In this document: piece after piece, positions 42,932 through 59,714 of the stretch
Layout: each line of letters begins with the position of its first letter
How positions within the stretch are numbered: the first letter of the stretch is position 1
Assembly (NCBI GenBank): GCA_964016885.1
Contig: OZ024757.1
Coordinates: 2,604,001-2,668,000, forward strand
Direction of reading: 5' to 3'
DNA from: Eledone cirrhosa
Taxonomy: Eukaryota
Length of the DNA: 64,000 nt
Program-made: the position numbers and the translations under genes
The notes under the pieces: generated by a model
What the model saw: only the letters and a program-made list of their open reading frames with translations
Told to the model about the DNA's origin: nothing
Databases searched by the model: none

Positions 42932-43212
42932 GTAGATTCGTGGTTTACCGAGGAAGGTTACCAAAGTCACCACTCTATGCTAAGGCAGAGTGAATATATT
43001 AAGGACAAAACGAGGTTTCACATTAAGATCTTTATTGATAATACAGTTTCGACCGTTTCAGAGATGGGTGGCCCAGGATTTATGTAAATAATGTTGAGTC
43101 GGGCTGGTCTCGGGTCTATAGCATACTGCATATATGGGACCTGAGATACCCATCTGTGAAACTGTCGTAACTGTGTATTATCAATAAAGACCTCAACGTG
43201 AAATCACGCTTT
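42932..43212. mobile_element. TA-flanked imperfect fold-back element (second copy at 58728-58990)
   Basis: Arms at about 43016-43077 and 43140-43203; a near-identical copy lies 15.8 kb downstream. Confidence 0.7.
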
Positions 43213-43214
43213 CT

Positions 43215-44151
<937 letters not shown>

Positions 44152-44157
44152 AATACA

Positions 44158-44213
<56 letters not shown>

Positions 44214-44224
44214 CATATATATAC

Positions 44225-44273
<49 letters not shown>

Positions 44274-44499
44274 ACGCAGGAATAGTGGTATGGAACCAGA
44301 TGGACTATAACGCGCACCAGAGTACTCAATACTTAGGGTAGTAGAGGGGTAATAGGAAATAGTATGACCCCAATGGGGGTCATACTTTTTCCTATATGTA
44401 TATATATATATTTCGTTTCTGAATTTGTTTAGCAAGATTCTTTATCTGAAATCGTGTGTTGAAACCGATATTGTTATACTTTGACCCTCCCAAAGTATA

Positions 44500-45005
<506 letters not shown>

Positions 45006-45083
45006 TTAGGGTAAATATTGATGCAATTCAATTTAAGCACTCAACGTACTTTTTCCACATAGGAGTGACGGAGTAAATATCGA

Positions 45084-45641
45084 ATAAGGAAAAGCGAAGT
45101 AGTTTCAGATGTTCAAGTCCTTTAATAATAATGCTGTGATACATATTTCAATGACGACACTGGCCACACTGTTCTGTGTGCGAGTGTCGTGACATCATCA
45201 GACAGCTTGTTACATAATAAGGTTATGTTTCCGAGGCAATCCAAATTGAATCGACATGGGAACGGATGAAGTGTGTGCTTTTGGGTTCTTCATCCGTTCC
45301 CCTGTGAGTACCAATTCACCCCCACCAGTCTGCGCAGGCGCATGTCCGAAGGAAGTTGACCATTAGCTACCGCAGATTTCAACGGACATGCGCCTGCGCA
45401 GACTGGTGGGGGTGAATTGGTACTCACAGGGGAACGGATGAAGAACCCAAAAGCACACACTTCATCCGTTCCCATGTCGATTCAATTTGGATTGCCTCGG
45501 AAACATAACCTTATTATGTAACAAGCTGTCTGATGATGTCACGACACTCGCACACAGAACAGTGTGGCCAGTGTCGTCATTGAAATATATATCACAGCAT
45601 TATTATTAAAGGACTTCAACATCTGAAACTACTTCGCTTTT

Positions 45642-45647
<6 letters not shown>
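45084..45647. repeat. Near-perfect 265-bp inverted repeat, 34-nt spacer (family F9)
   Basis: Arms 45084-45348 and 45383-45647; about two mismatches seen. Confidence 0.95.
45525..45598 (+). ncRNA. Type I hammerhead, family F9 (mirror copy at 45133-45206 minus)
   Basis: gctgt CTGATGA tgtcacgacac..gtgtcgtcatt GAAA tatata TC acagc. Confidence 0.78.
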
Positions 45648-45675
<28 letters not shown>

Positions 45676-45711
45676 GAACATATACACATACACACACATA
45701 CATACACATAC

Positions 45712-45740
<29 letters not shown>

Positions 45741-45744
<4 letters not shown>

Positions 45745-46030
45745 AATGAAAGGTATAGAAAACACTGCAGTGAAAAGCGAACAGCATTCCATAGTATATA
45801 AGTGACTATAGCGTCAAAATGGGAAACATAGTTAACGTAAGATGTGGGAAAAATAATTTAAACTCATCTTAAAGAGAATCAGGATATAGATTCATCCACA
45901 GAATTTAGTGAAATCCAGGGAAAAATCAATAGAGCCTTAACTCAGGATAAAATAAAGTTCAAGATACCTATCCTTCAATTTGGAAAAACTTCAAATGCTC
46001 TGTATAGTCGTAAGACTATACAGAGCATTT
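45741..46030 (-). mobile_element. Dispersed partial copy of the 633-bp unit ending in a stem III fold-back
   Basis: Same left end as the array; ends AAATGCTCTGTATAGTC-GTAA-GACTATACAGAGCATTT. Confidence 0.85.
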
Positions 46031-46269
46031 ATATACAGAGCATATATATATACATCTACATATATATATACATATATATATACATCTACATCTACACATA
46101 TACACACATATATATATATATGCACATAAACACATATACATACATATACATACACAAACACACACATATATATATATATAAACACATACACTACATATAT
46201 ATATATATATATGTTGATTTAATACTTCACTACTCGCAAGTGTTTTTTAAGCTTCATATCATGTCTCCC

Positions 46270-46340
46270 TATTTTATCTGATGAGAACGCAAATATCACC
46301 CCATGATGATATTTGTTTTTGAAATGCGCATAATAAAATA
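46270..46340 (+). ncRNA. Type I hammerhead, family F6 (solo copy of the Penelope 3' end, 46213-46377)
   Basis: tattttat CTGATGA gaacgcaaatatca..tgatatttgttttt GAAA tgcgca TA ataaaata. Confidence 0.88.
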
Positions 46341-46370
46341 CTTGGAACTCTTTTAACCATCTTTTGATCT

Positions 46371-46443
<73 letters not shown>

Positions 46444-46528
46444 TATACACATATACATACACATATACATATACATATCTATATCTATATATATATATAT
46501 ACACACACATACATACACATACACATAC

Positions 46529-46573
<45 letters not shown>

Positions 46574-46594
46574 TATACACATACACACACACAC

Positions 46595-46637
<43 letters not shown>

Positions 46638-46644
<7 letters not shown>

Positions 46645-47006
46645 ATACTTTGGGAGGGTCATGTTGCCAATAAGAAACACACGCACCCTAGCTTTTCACT
46701 TCAATTTATTATAATAAATTTATAAATTTAGGAATTTATAAATTTATAAATATCCGGTTAGTTGGTTGGTTCCACAACCAGATAGTTGTTTATATATAAA
46801 CAACTATCTGGTTGTGGAACCAACCAACTAACCGGATATTTATAAATTTATAAATTCCTAAATTTATAAATTTATTATAATAAATTGAAGTGAAAAGCTA
46901 GGGTGCGTGTGTTTCTTATTGGCAACATGACCCTCCCAAAGTATAATAATATCGGTTTCAACACACGTTTTCAGATAAAGAATCTTGCTAAACAAATTCA
47001 GAAACG

Positions 47007-47010
<4 letters not shown>
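46638..47010. mobile_element. F11 fold-back element (medium)
   Basis: Palindrome centred on TTTATATATAAA at about 46795. Confidence 0.85.
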
Positions 47011-47052
<42 letters not shown>

Positions 47053-47178
47053 GCTTTAAAGAATTAGCCTTTAATGTATTCCCTTTTCTTTCAACCAATG
47101 ACCTCCACCCATCCCACCCCCACCCCCTCTCCTACCACCAGAAAAGATATAAAAACCACCACATTTATTGTGACAGTC

Positions 47179-47229
47179 AGATTCCTGATGATTTCTCAAG
47201 AATGAAACAGTTCTAGTCCTGTAGAATCT
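47179..47229 (+). ncRNA. Type I hammerhead, family F10 (inverted copy at 47264-47312 minus)
   Basis: agattc CTGATGA t ttc tcaa gaa t GAAA cag ttctagtc ctg TA gaatct. Confidence 0.82.
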
Positions 47230-47947
47230 CATCTCTCTCTCTCTATATATATATATATACATGAGATTCTACAGGACTAGAACTGTTTCATTCTTGAGAA
47301 ATCATCAGGAATATATATATATATATATATATATATACGGGGTAACAAATTATTGTTATAGGTAGTTCACTTAGGTGTAGTCCAGTTATGGTACTCCGGG
47401 TAGTGGATGATATCAACGCTTGGCTAAGTTTGACTCAACAAGGCGTTTCCATAGTGATGTTGCGAGTACGCTGTAATTCCTATGTTGTAAACACTTGATT
47501 TATATATATATATATATACAGTATATATCTTTCCTGATTTATATATATCTATATCCAGGGGGTGTAACTTGGAGTTACTGCAGGTTCACTCGGGAGAGCA
47601 CTCGATATTTAGGTTCACTTCTGTGATGAGGTGTAGAGCTATACAGTGTAATATATTGAAAGGATAACAAGGACGATTGGTTACTCCTTCATTACATTTA
47701 TTGATATGTGACGCGCGTTTCGCCACTGATCAGCTCAAGGTTCGACCTGTATCGATCCTACCCGACTCAATGATCGGCAGCTCGACGGACCCTTTAAAAT
47801 GCTATAAAAAAATGAAATCCATGCTATGTGGTAAAGACAGAAATTCAAGAGTTTGACAATATGAGTTGTTTTTATTGGAGGGATGTACTGGCCTGTAGTG
47901 TATGTGGGGTGGATGTGATGATAAGATATATATATATATATATACAT

Positions 47948-48512
47948 ATTGTTATACTTTGGGAGGGCCATGTTGCCAATAAGAAACACACGCACCAGTT
48001 GCTTTCACTCCAATTTATTATAAATTATAAATTTAAAAAATTTGTAAATTTCCGGTTGGTTGGTTGGTTCCACAGCCGGATGGTTGTTCATTTATTGTGA
48101 AAGTTCTTTCGTCACACATTCTGCTACCTCTTCAGTAACTGGGATTCTTTTCTTTGTTTTGTGCCTTTCCTTTGTTCCGTCCCACGCCATCTCACACAAA
48201 AACAAGATGGCGTAGGACAGAACAAAGGAGAGGTACAAAACAAAGAAAAGAATCCCCAGTCACTGAAGAGGTCACAGAATGTGTGACGAAAGAACTTTGA
48301 CAATATATGAACAACCATCCGGTTGTGGAACCAACCAACCAACCAACCAGAAATTTACAAATTTCTTAAGTTTATAATTTATAATAAATTGGAGTGAAAG
48401 CACTGGTGCGTGTGTTTCTTATTGGCAACATGACCCTCCCAAAGTATAACAATATCGGTTTCAACACACGTTTTCAGATAAAGAATCTTGCTAAACAAAT
48501 TCTGAAACGAAA
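47948..48512. mobile_element. F11 fold-back element (long, diverged arms)
   Basis: Inverted arms around about 48190, with the same ends as the 23880 and 46638 copies. Confidence 0.85.
48259..48301 (+). ncRNA. Minimal type I hammerhead, family F11
   Basis: gtca CTGAAGA g gtcaca gaatg tgtgac GAAA gaac TT tgac; also at 55670-55712 (minus) and mutated at about 48097-48140 (minus). Confidence 0.7.
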
Positions 48513-48733
48513 TATATATATATATAAGTATGTATATGTACATACATATATGTGTACAGAGGCACATTAGTATGTATATATATACATACATGTACACATA
48601 TATATATATATGTACGTATGGGTTTACCGAACATTTATTATAATTTTCGGTTTGTTTGTAAACAAACAGCCCGAATTACGCTGTACAGTGCTCGGAAACC
48701 ATCGTCGCGCTTTTCTTCAACACTGACACAGGA

Positions 48734-48776
48734 ACGCTGTACTAGTTTCAAGCTTATTAACTATCGTCAGCATCGT
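48734..48776 (-). ncRNA. Hammerhead, family F2
   Basis: Reverse complement: acgatg CTGACGA tagttaataagctt GAAA ctag TA cagcgt. Confidence 0.7.
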
Positions 48777-49281
48777 ATACCTTTCTGTCTGAAAGTATAT
48801 ACTTTCCTTATGCATATTAACGGCCGAGCAGCCTAATTTGCATATCGAGTGAGTTAGTCGGCCAGGCGTACCGAAAACGATAAATGGAAAAGAATGAAAC
48901 GAAATTTCATTTCTCACTCTTAGTACGGCTGATACCTAAATATAAATATGTATACGTGCATACATATATGTGTACAGACGCACAGTAGTATGTATATATA
49001 TGTAAACCCATACGTACATATATATATGTGTGCATGTATGTATATATATACATACTACTGTACGTCTGTATACATATATGTATACAGCCGTACTAAGAGT
49101 GAGAAATGGAATTTCGTTTCATTCTTTTCCATTTATATATATCCAGTTTGTATGACCTTTTTAACTTATGTTTATAGCTCTGGTATCTTCTTCATATCCA
49201 TGGAGCGCTTGTCTGCACAATACGGAAGTAGCGTTTCGCTAATTCTACTCGCCGAAATGCGATTCTCGCTAAATTTATATT

Positions 49282-49333
<52 letters not shown>

Positions 49334-49457
49334 ACGAAGGAAATGTGGTAAGGAACCAGGTGGACCATAACGCACCAATAGGGTAGTAGAGTGGGTAATA
49401 GGAACAAGTAGGACCCCGACGGCTGAGCTCAAGCCGTTTCGACGGCTAATTCTGGAC

Positions 49458-49541
<84 letters not shown>

Positions 49542-49572
49542 CGTGTGCGTGTGTATATATATACACACACAC

Positions 49573-49805
49573 TGTTAATCCGATATTATGGACATGTGGT
49601 TAGAATGTCTGAGGAAAGAATCGCTGGACAGATTTTACGGACAAAACCAACTGGTAGGAGACCGAGGGGCAGAGCCCGGACAGCTTGGCTAGTGTCGGTA
49701 GCCGGGTGAGTTGGAGGTGGTTGCTTCTGACAGGACTCGCAGAGTTTGAGGACTCTGCCCCCCACGACCCTCTCAGGAAGAAGAACACTACCAATAACAA
49801 CAACA
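49573..49805 (+). mobile_element. RTE 3' fragment
   Basis: LIRYYGHVVRMSEERI..TGRRPRGRARTAW. Confidence 0.75.
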
Positions 49806-49877
49806 GAAAAAAGTTATATACACACACAGTAATGATGGCGATAGTGTTGACTGTTGGTGGGTTAAGTTTGTAGATAA

Positions 49878-52800
49878 CACCACCACCACTACCATCAACA
49901 GCACCACCACCACCACCATAAACATCGACATCATCCCTACTACCACCATACCACCACTAACACCAGCACTACTACCACCACCACCACCATAAACATCGAG
50001 ACCACCACCCTACTACACCACCACCATCAATACCACCATCCCTACCACCACCACCACCAACACTAACACCATCACCACCACTACACTACACAACACAACA
50101 CCAACACTACCACCCTCACCTTCCCGCCACCACCACCACAACACAACACCACCACCACCACCCTCACCACGCCGCCACCACCACCACAACACAACACCAC
50201 CACCACCATCCTCACCTCGCCGCCACACCCACCCTCACAATGCCGCCACCACCACCACCACAACACAACACCACCACCACCACCCTCCCCTCGCCGCCAC
50301 CACCACCACCACAACACAACACCACCGCCACCATCCTCACCTCGCCGCCACCACCACCACCACAACACAACACCACCACCACCATCCTCACCTCGCCGCC
50401 ACCACCACCATCACCACAACACAACACCACCACACCCACCCTCACAATGCCGCCACCACCACCACCACAACACAACACCACCACCACCACCACAACACAA
50501 CACCACCACCACCACCCTCACCTCGCCGCCACCACCACAACACAACACCACCACCACAACAACACAACACCACCACCACCATCCTCACCTCGCCGCCACC
50601 ACCACCACCACAACACAACACCACCACCACCATCCTCACCTCGCCGCCACCACAACACAACACAACACCACCACACCCACCCTCACAATGCCGCCACCAC
50701 CACCACCACAACACAACACCACCACCACCACCCTCACCTCGCCGCCACCACCACCACCCTCACCTCGCCGCCACCACCACAACACAACACCACCACCACC
50801 ACCCTCACATTGCCGCCACCACCACCACCACCACACAACACCACCACTACCACCACCACAACACAACACAACACCACCACCACCCTCACCTCGCCTCCAC
50901 CACCACCACCACAACACAACACCACCAACTCAACTCCCCGCCACCACCACCACCACTACACAACACCAACACCACTACCACCATCCTCACCTCCACCACC
51001 ACCACCATCACCATTACACAACACCACCACCACCACCCTCACCTCGCCGGCACCACCACAACACAACACCACCACCCCCACCCTCACAATGCCGCCACCA
51101 CCACCACCACAACACAACACCACCACCACAATACAACACCAACACCACCAACTCAACTCCCCGCCACCACCTCCACTACACAAACAACACCACCACCACC
51201 ACAACACGTCACCTCATCACCAACACCACCACCACCACCACACCTCCTCCTCGCCACCACCACCACCAGCAGCAACAGCCTACCAGTAGTCGACAGCAAC
51301 AGCAGCAGTCATCAACAGTCATCACTCACCAGCAGCACCACCACCACCTCACCACAACACAACACCACCACTACCACCTCACCCTGCCACACCACCACTA
51401 CCACCTCACCCTGCCACACCACCACTATCATTACCATAAACAGCCCCACACCACCACTACCACTACCACCACCACCACCACCATCACCACTACTACCACC
51501 GCCACTACCATCATAACTAGCAACACCCCTACACCACCACCACCACCACCACCACACTACTGCTGCTGGTGATGCAGGTGCTGGTGATAGTGTGGGCGGT
51601 GATGTTGTGATGGTATTGGTGGTAGTGGTGTTGGTGGTAGTGGTGTTGGTGGTAGTGGTGTTGGTGGTAGTGGTGTTTGGTGGTAGTGGTGTTGGTGGTA
51701 GTGGTGTTGGTGGTAGTGGTGTTGGTGGTGGTGGTGTTGGTGGTGGTGGTGTTGGTGGTGGTGGTGTTGGTGGTAGTGGTGTTGGTGGTAGTGGTGTTTG
51801 GTGGTAGTGGTGTTGGTGGTAGTGGTGTTGGTGGTAGTGGTGTTGGTGGTAGTGGTGTTGGTAGTAGTGGTGTTGGTGGTGGTGGTGTTGGTGGTGGTGG
51901 TGTTGGTGGTGGTGGTGTTGGTGGTAGTGGTGTTGGTGGTAGTGTTGTTTGGTGGTAGTGGTGTTGGTGGTAGTGGTGTTGGTGGTAGTGGTGTTGGTGG
52001 TGGTGGTGTTTGGTGGTAGTGGTGTTGGTGGTAGTGGTGTTGGTAGTAGTGGTGTTGGTGGTGGTGGTGTTGGTGGTAGTGGTGTTGGTGGTAGTGGTGT
52101 TTGGTGGTGGTGGTGTTGGTGGTAGTGGTGTTGGTGGTAGTGGTGTTGGTGGTAGTGGTGTTTGGTGGTAGTGGTGTTGGTGGTAGTGGTTTTGGTGGTG
52201 GTGGTGTTGGTGGTAGTGGTGTTGGTGGTAGTGGTGTTGGTGGTAGTGGTGTTGGTGGTAGTGGTGTTGGTGGTGGTGGTGTTGGTGGTGGTGGTGTTGG
52301 TGGTAGTGGTGTTGGTGGTAGTGGTGTTTGGTGGTAGTGGTATTGGTGGTAGTGGTGTTGGTGGTAGTGGTGTTGGTGGTGGTGGTGTTTGGTGGTAGTG
52401 GTGTTGGTGGTAGTGGTGTTGGTGGTAGTGGTGTTGGTGGTAGTGGTGTTGGTGGTAGTGGTGTTTGGTGGTAGTGGTGTTGGTGGTAGTGGTGTTTGGT
52501 GGTAGTGGTGTTGGTGGTAGTGGTGTTGGTGGTAGTGGTGTTGGTGTTGGTGGTAGTGGTGTTTGGTGGTAGTGGTGTTGGTGGTAGTGGTGTTTGGTGG
52601 TGGTGGTGTTGGTGGTAGTGGTGTTGGTGGTGGTGGTGTTGGTGGTAGTGGTGTTTGGTGGTAGTGGTGTTGGTGGTGGTGGTATTTGGTGGTGGTGGTG
52701 TTGGTGGTAGTGGTGTTGGTGGTGGTGGTGTTGGTGGTAGTGGTGTTGGTGGTGGTGGTGTTTGGTGGTAGTGGTGTTGGTGGTAGTGGTGTTGGTGGTA

Positions 52801-53030
52801 GTGGTGTTGGTGGTGGTGGTGTTGGTGTTGTTTGTCTTGTTGGTGGTGGTGTTGGTGGTAGTGGTGTTGGTGGTAGTGGTGTTGGTGGTAGTGGTGTTTG
52901 GTGGTAGTGGTGTAGGTGGTAGTGGTGCTGGTGGTAGTGGTGTTGGTGGTGGTGGTGGTGGTGGTAGTAGTAGTGGTGGTAGTAGTAGTGGTGGTGGTAG
53001 TAGTGGTGGTGGTAGTAGTAGTAGTGGTGT
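49878..53030. repeat. (ACC)n-rich tract switching to a (GGT)n 15-bp repeat GGTGGTAGTGGTGTT at about 51560
   Basis: Read directly. Confidence 0.92.
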
Positions 53031-53568
53031 TGTTTTTGTTGTATGTGCCACTGTCTCTCCCCTTCAGAGCCGCCTCTACCCCCCCCCCCCCCTCCCCCAG
53101 CTGCTGCTGCTACCATCCAGTGCTGTCAGTCGGTGTCTGAAGGTGGAGCACAACAGAAGGAACCTTTACTTCTCTCCACCTTCTCTAAACTCGTTGTCTC
53201 TCCAACACCACCGCCGCCTTCCTATATATATACACAACACACACTCATATATATATACACACGTATATATATATATATATACCTGAAGCTACACACACAC
53301 ATACATACATACATATATATATATATGTGTGTGTATATATATCACAGACTTGGGGTTAAATACGCAGATTTATAAACATTTTTACGAAGATTTATATATA
53401 TATATATTTATATATATATATTTATATATACACAGGTAAGTTTTGAACCCACACTCGTGGATATATTATACATTCACAACCAGCTGCATCTCTCTCTCTC
53501 TCTGTTTATATATATACATACATACATATATATATATACATATATATATACACACACATACTTTCACG

Positions 53569-53680
<112 letters not shown>

Positions 53681-54087
53681 GTTATATATGTATATAGATA
53701 GATTAAGTTTAGTTATATATATATAGAGATAGATTAAGTTAGGTTATATACAAGCGCAGTTGTATATATCAGGTACAAATAAACACACACACATGTATAT
53801 AAATATGTGTATATACATATATAGAAGTACGGTTTATACACCCACACAAATTACAGAAGTTTTCTGGCTCCACAGATATCTACGATGAGTAACGGAGAGT
53901 AAGTGGCTGAGTATTCCGTAGACAGTTGTGTATCTAACGTAAACGGTGGACGTTACAATGTGACAAGGCTGGCCTTTAACTCTTTGTCTCTCTCTCACGC
54001 ACGCACACACACACACACACACATATATATACACACAGACATTTATAAATTTACTTTCGATTTACTTTATTTGTTTATATATATATT

Positions 54088-55262
<1,175 letters not shown>

Positions 55263-55329
55263 ATACGTCCCAAGGCTCTGATACCATCAACACTATAAAC
55301 ACAGAGCTGGCATATCTAAGAACTGACTA

Positions 55330-55385
55330 ACTGCCTGATGAGGTCATAGCCATTCAATGGCTATCATCGAAATATATATAGCAGT
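55330..55385 (+). ncRNA. Type I hammerhead, family F12
   Basis: actgc CTGATGA ggt c atagccatt c aatggctat c atc GAAA tatata TA gcagt. Confidence 0.88.
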
Positions 55386-55426
55386 AAATAAAGGATTATG
55401 AGTTCATGCAACTGACTTATGTTTCC

Positions 55427-55490
<64 letters not shown>

Positions 55491-55517
55491 TATACATATA
55501 TATATATATATATATAT

Positions 55518-55858
55518 TATTGTTATACTTTGGGAGGGTCATGTTGCCAATAAGTAACACACGCACCAGTTGTTTCACTTGAATTTATTATAATAAATTT
55601 ATAAATTTAGGAATTTATAAATTTCCGGTTGATTGGTTGGTTCCACAACCAGATGATTGTTTATATATTGTCAAAGTTCTTTCGTCACACATTCTGTGAC
55701 CTCTTCAGTGACTGGGGATTCTTTTCTTTGTTTTTGTGCCTCTCCTTTGTTCTGTCCTACGCCATCTTATTGGTAACATGACCCCGCCAAAGTATAACAA
55801 TATCGGTTTCAACACACGTTTTCAGATAAAGAATCTTGCTAAACAAATTCAGAAACGA
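55518..55858. mobile_element. F11 element with asymmetric inversion
   Basis: Long antisense arm, a jump at about 55765, then a short sense arm with the shared tail. Confidence 0.8.
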
Positions 55859-55875
55859 TATATATATTATATTAT

Positions 55876-55952
<77 letters not shown>

Positions 55953-56353
55953 TGTACATATATATATATATATTATATTATACATATATATATATATTAT
56001 ATTATACATATATATATATATTATATTATACATACATATATATATATATATATTATACATATATATATATATTATATTATACATATATATATATATATTA
56101 TATTATACACATATATATATATATAATATTATACATATATATATATATATTATATTATACATATATATATATATTATATTATACATATATATATTATACA
56201 TATATATATATTATACGTATATATATATATATATATTATAATATAGATGAGATTCTACAGGACTAGAACTGTTTCAATATATTATAATATAGATGAGATT
56301 CTACAGGACTAGAACTGTTTCATTCATTAGAAATCATCAAGAATCTCGAATCT

Positions 56354-56406
56354 GAGATTCCTGATGATTTCTAATGAATGAAACAGTTCTAGTCCTGTAG
56401 AATCTC
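56354..56406 (+). ncRNA. Type I hammerhead, family F10 (mirror at 56295-56347 minus with C3U; partial at 56249-56276)
   Basis: gagattc CTGATGA t ttc taat gaa t GAAA cag..ctg TA gaatctc. Confidence 0.82.
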
Positions 56407-56878
56407 ATCTATATTAAAACTGTTATACTCTGCTATGTATTGAGTACCTTACTTACTGTGGTTACCTCCGATTCAACCCGGAATAACGTATATATATTAT
56501 ATATATATGTATTGTGAGTTACAATACAACCAAGTGACGTTTGTTAACCTTCCATGCGAGAACACAATAACAACCGCAACAACTGCACCTTCTGAAGCAA
56601 CAACAAACAGTGCAACAACTGCAGCAATCCGGAGTACGTGCAGCAGCTGCATCTTCTGAAGCAACCATAAACAACAGCAACAATAACCACAACAACAACA
56701 GTAGCAACAACAACCATAAACAACAGCAACAACAACAGCAATAACAATTTAAAAGAAAACTGTAGAGGTTAAGTTTGTATTGTTGTTGTTGTAGCTTTAT
56801 ATACACACATATATATATATATTATATACTCACACACACATATATATAGATACCCACACACTCATATATATATGTATA

Positions 56879-56910
<32 letters not shown>

Positions 56911-57978
56911 GACATATACTCACACACACACATAGATATATACACACACACACACTCATATAAACATATATATATATATATAGGCATGTGTGAGTGTGTG
57001 TGTGTGTGAGTGTGTATTGAACATTGAAAAGTCAGTGCGAGATAGTTGATTGGTTCATTGTTTTACGATCGTTTCAGAGGGTTGAATGGTCGATATATCG
57101 ATTAGCATAGTAGAGGTTATATCGTTACCTGTTTCTAGTGTCAAAATCACTGATCAATCAGCCGCACGTCAAACAGGTGGAAACCAATACACACACAAAC
57201 ACACACACACAAATAAATATATATGTATACACACACACACACACAGATACATACACAGATATATACACACATATTTACACACATATTTACACATATATAT
57301 ATATTCTATTTTCTCCATTAGGTTTACCTGGAACAAAGAACTTATTTTCCTATTTTTGAAATTGACGAATTGAAAGTTTAAAAAGTAACTTAACTCCAAC
57401 AACAACAACAAGAATAACAACAATAACACCACCAACAACAATAACACCACCACCAACAACAAGAACTCCACCACAACCACCAACAAGAACACCACCAACA
57501 ACAACAACAACAAAAGCCGAGGAACCATCTACCTGGACGTCTGATCTGCTAGACTAAACAAAGAAATCTTCACTTAATCTTCACTTCGCCGTCATCTGAT
57601 AATAAAAATCTAAGGACACATTGGATAGTGTAGTCCTAGATACACTGTGGTGTCTGTATATATATATATATATCACACAGGCCGGTAGTTACGGCTTTAT
57701 TTGATTATAGAACCATTTGGATCTGACCTGACCTGTGGTTAAACAACGACCGTGACCATCACTAGCTGTGACCACACCACCCACACCTGTATATGGGACA
57801 CTAGCCGGGTCCACAACACCCCCAACAACACCTCTATACTTGTATATACACAATACCAAACAGGGCTGGATTACTTGTTGTCTTTTACAAAGGGAGACTA
57901 TTCATTTACAAGGATCTTAAAGAGGAAGGCAACTCAAGAAAGTCTTGTTCAAACAGGTGAGAAAAGTTCGTTTTATAC

Positions 57979-58056
<78 letters not shown>

Positions 58057-58227
58057 ATATATATATATAACAAAGACGGTGTGGTAAGATACCAGGTGGA
58101 TCATAAGGCACCAGAGTACGCAATACTTAGGGTAGTGGAGTGGGTAATAGAAAAAAGAATCAGGACCCCGACTCGGATCTAGCTGTCGAAATGGGCGGAG
58201 TTCAGCCGTCGGGGTCCTGACTCTTTT

Positions 58228-58271
<44 letters not shown>

Positions 58272-58652
58272 AATACACACACGTGTGTGTGTATTTATCT
58301 CTCTCTCTCTCCCTCTCTCTCTCTTAAAGTGTCCTTCTTCTTTCTCTGTATCCCTCTACATAACAAGAAACCCTAAATGTTGTATACAGCATAATCTTAG
58401 ATAACAGCCTTATACTAACTTTTAACACAACCACTCTCGGGTCCAAATAACCCCGCCTACCTCCTACTCTTACCCGCCCCCCTTTGCTTATATATATATA
58501 TATATATATATATGTAGATAAATCTACCAAGAGTTTACGGTAGTGTCCAATCCGTATGAAGAACTCAATGTAGTCCGGATATCATGGAAAGAAGAGATGC
58601 AATATTGTTTAATATAAGGAACTGTTTCATTGTTTTATTCATTATTTTTTTA

Positions 58653-58707
<55 letters not shown>

Positions 58708-59557
58708 ATGTATGTATTAAGTGGTTCTGTAGATTCGTGGTTTACCGAGGAACGGTACCAAAGTCACCACTCTATGCTAAGGCAGAGTGAATATATTAAG
58801 GACAAAACGAGGTTTCACATTAAGGTCTTTATTGATAATACAGTTTTGACCGTTTCAGAGATGGGTGGCCCAGGATTTATGTAAATAATGTTGAGTCGGG
58901 CTGGTCTCGGGTCTATAGCATACTGTATATATGGGACCTGAGATACCCATCTGTGAAACTGTCGTAACTGTGTATTATCAATAAAGACCACGTTATAATA
59001 ACTTTTAACACAACCACTCTCGGGTCCCAAATAACCCCCCTACCCTCTACTCTTACCCACCCACCCTCTGCTTATTCCCCAATGGGGTGAGGGATGACCT
59101 ATGAGGGTCATTCGCGCAGAAAGCCCACAGAAAGCAACGGTCGACCTGATTTTCAGAGCAAGTGCCCTCTCCCAGTTGACTTCCCCAATCTACAGGCTCA
59201 TACACAGAGCAGGCCCATTCCCTCAGAATATGTTCCCCACTCTCAGCCACATTTCGACAAGCTGGTTGGAAGGCAGCACTTCCCTTTCCACCCTCATTTT
59301 CATTTTCAAATAAAACCTAAAAAAGTTAATCGGGGCTTCGTCGAAGAGAAAAGTATTTGTTTTCAACCCTTCCAGACGTGTCTACCACACGACCGTGGTC
59401 ACCAGGCAGGTAAAAACTGCCTTTAAAGGATGACGGTGGGGTGATCGTCACGATGGACTCAGCTGATAAACAGATCCGTCCCACACAGCAGGTGTTCGAA
59501 GTAAACCCACAAGTCAGCAATGCTCAGACACTCGACGAGTACGTACAGGATGGATTG

Positions 59558-59714
59558 ACCCCAGTGCATTACTGGTACTTTATTTTATCGACCCCGTAAG
59601 GATGAAAAGTAAAGCTAACTTCGGCGGTATTTGAGCTCAGAACGTAAATGGCTGTAACTCTATGCTGCAAAGCATGTTATCCAACGCTCTACCGATTGCT
59701 ACCAATTCACCACC
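59558..59714 (-). mobile_element. SINE (diverged)
   Basis: Same core as the 8725 family. Confidence 0.8.

Noticed and set aside
47338-47500. TA-flanked island related to 63110-63275
   Set aside because: It is a repeat family, but no HHR or coding motif was seen; left unclassified.
56519-57600. CAA/CAG-rich segments resembling a polyQ exon or 5' UTR
   Set aside because: No supported ORF, splice structure or homology is visible.
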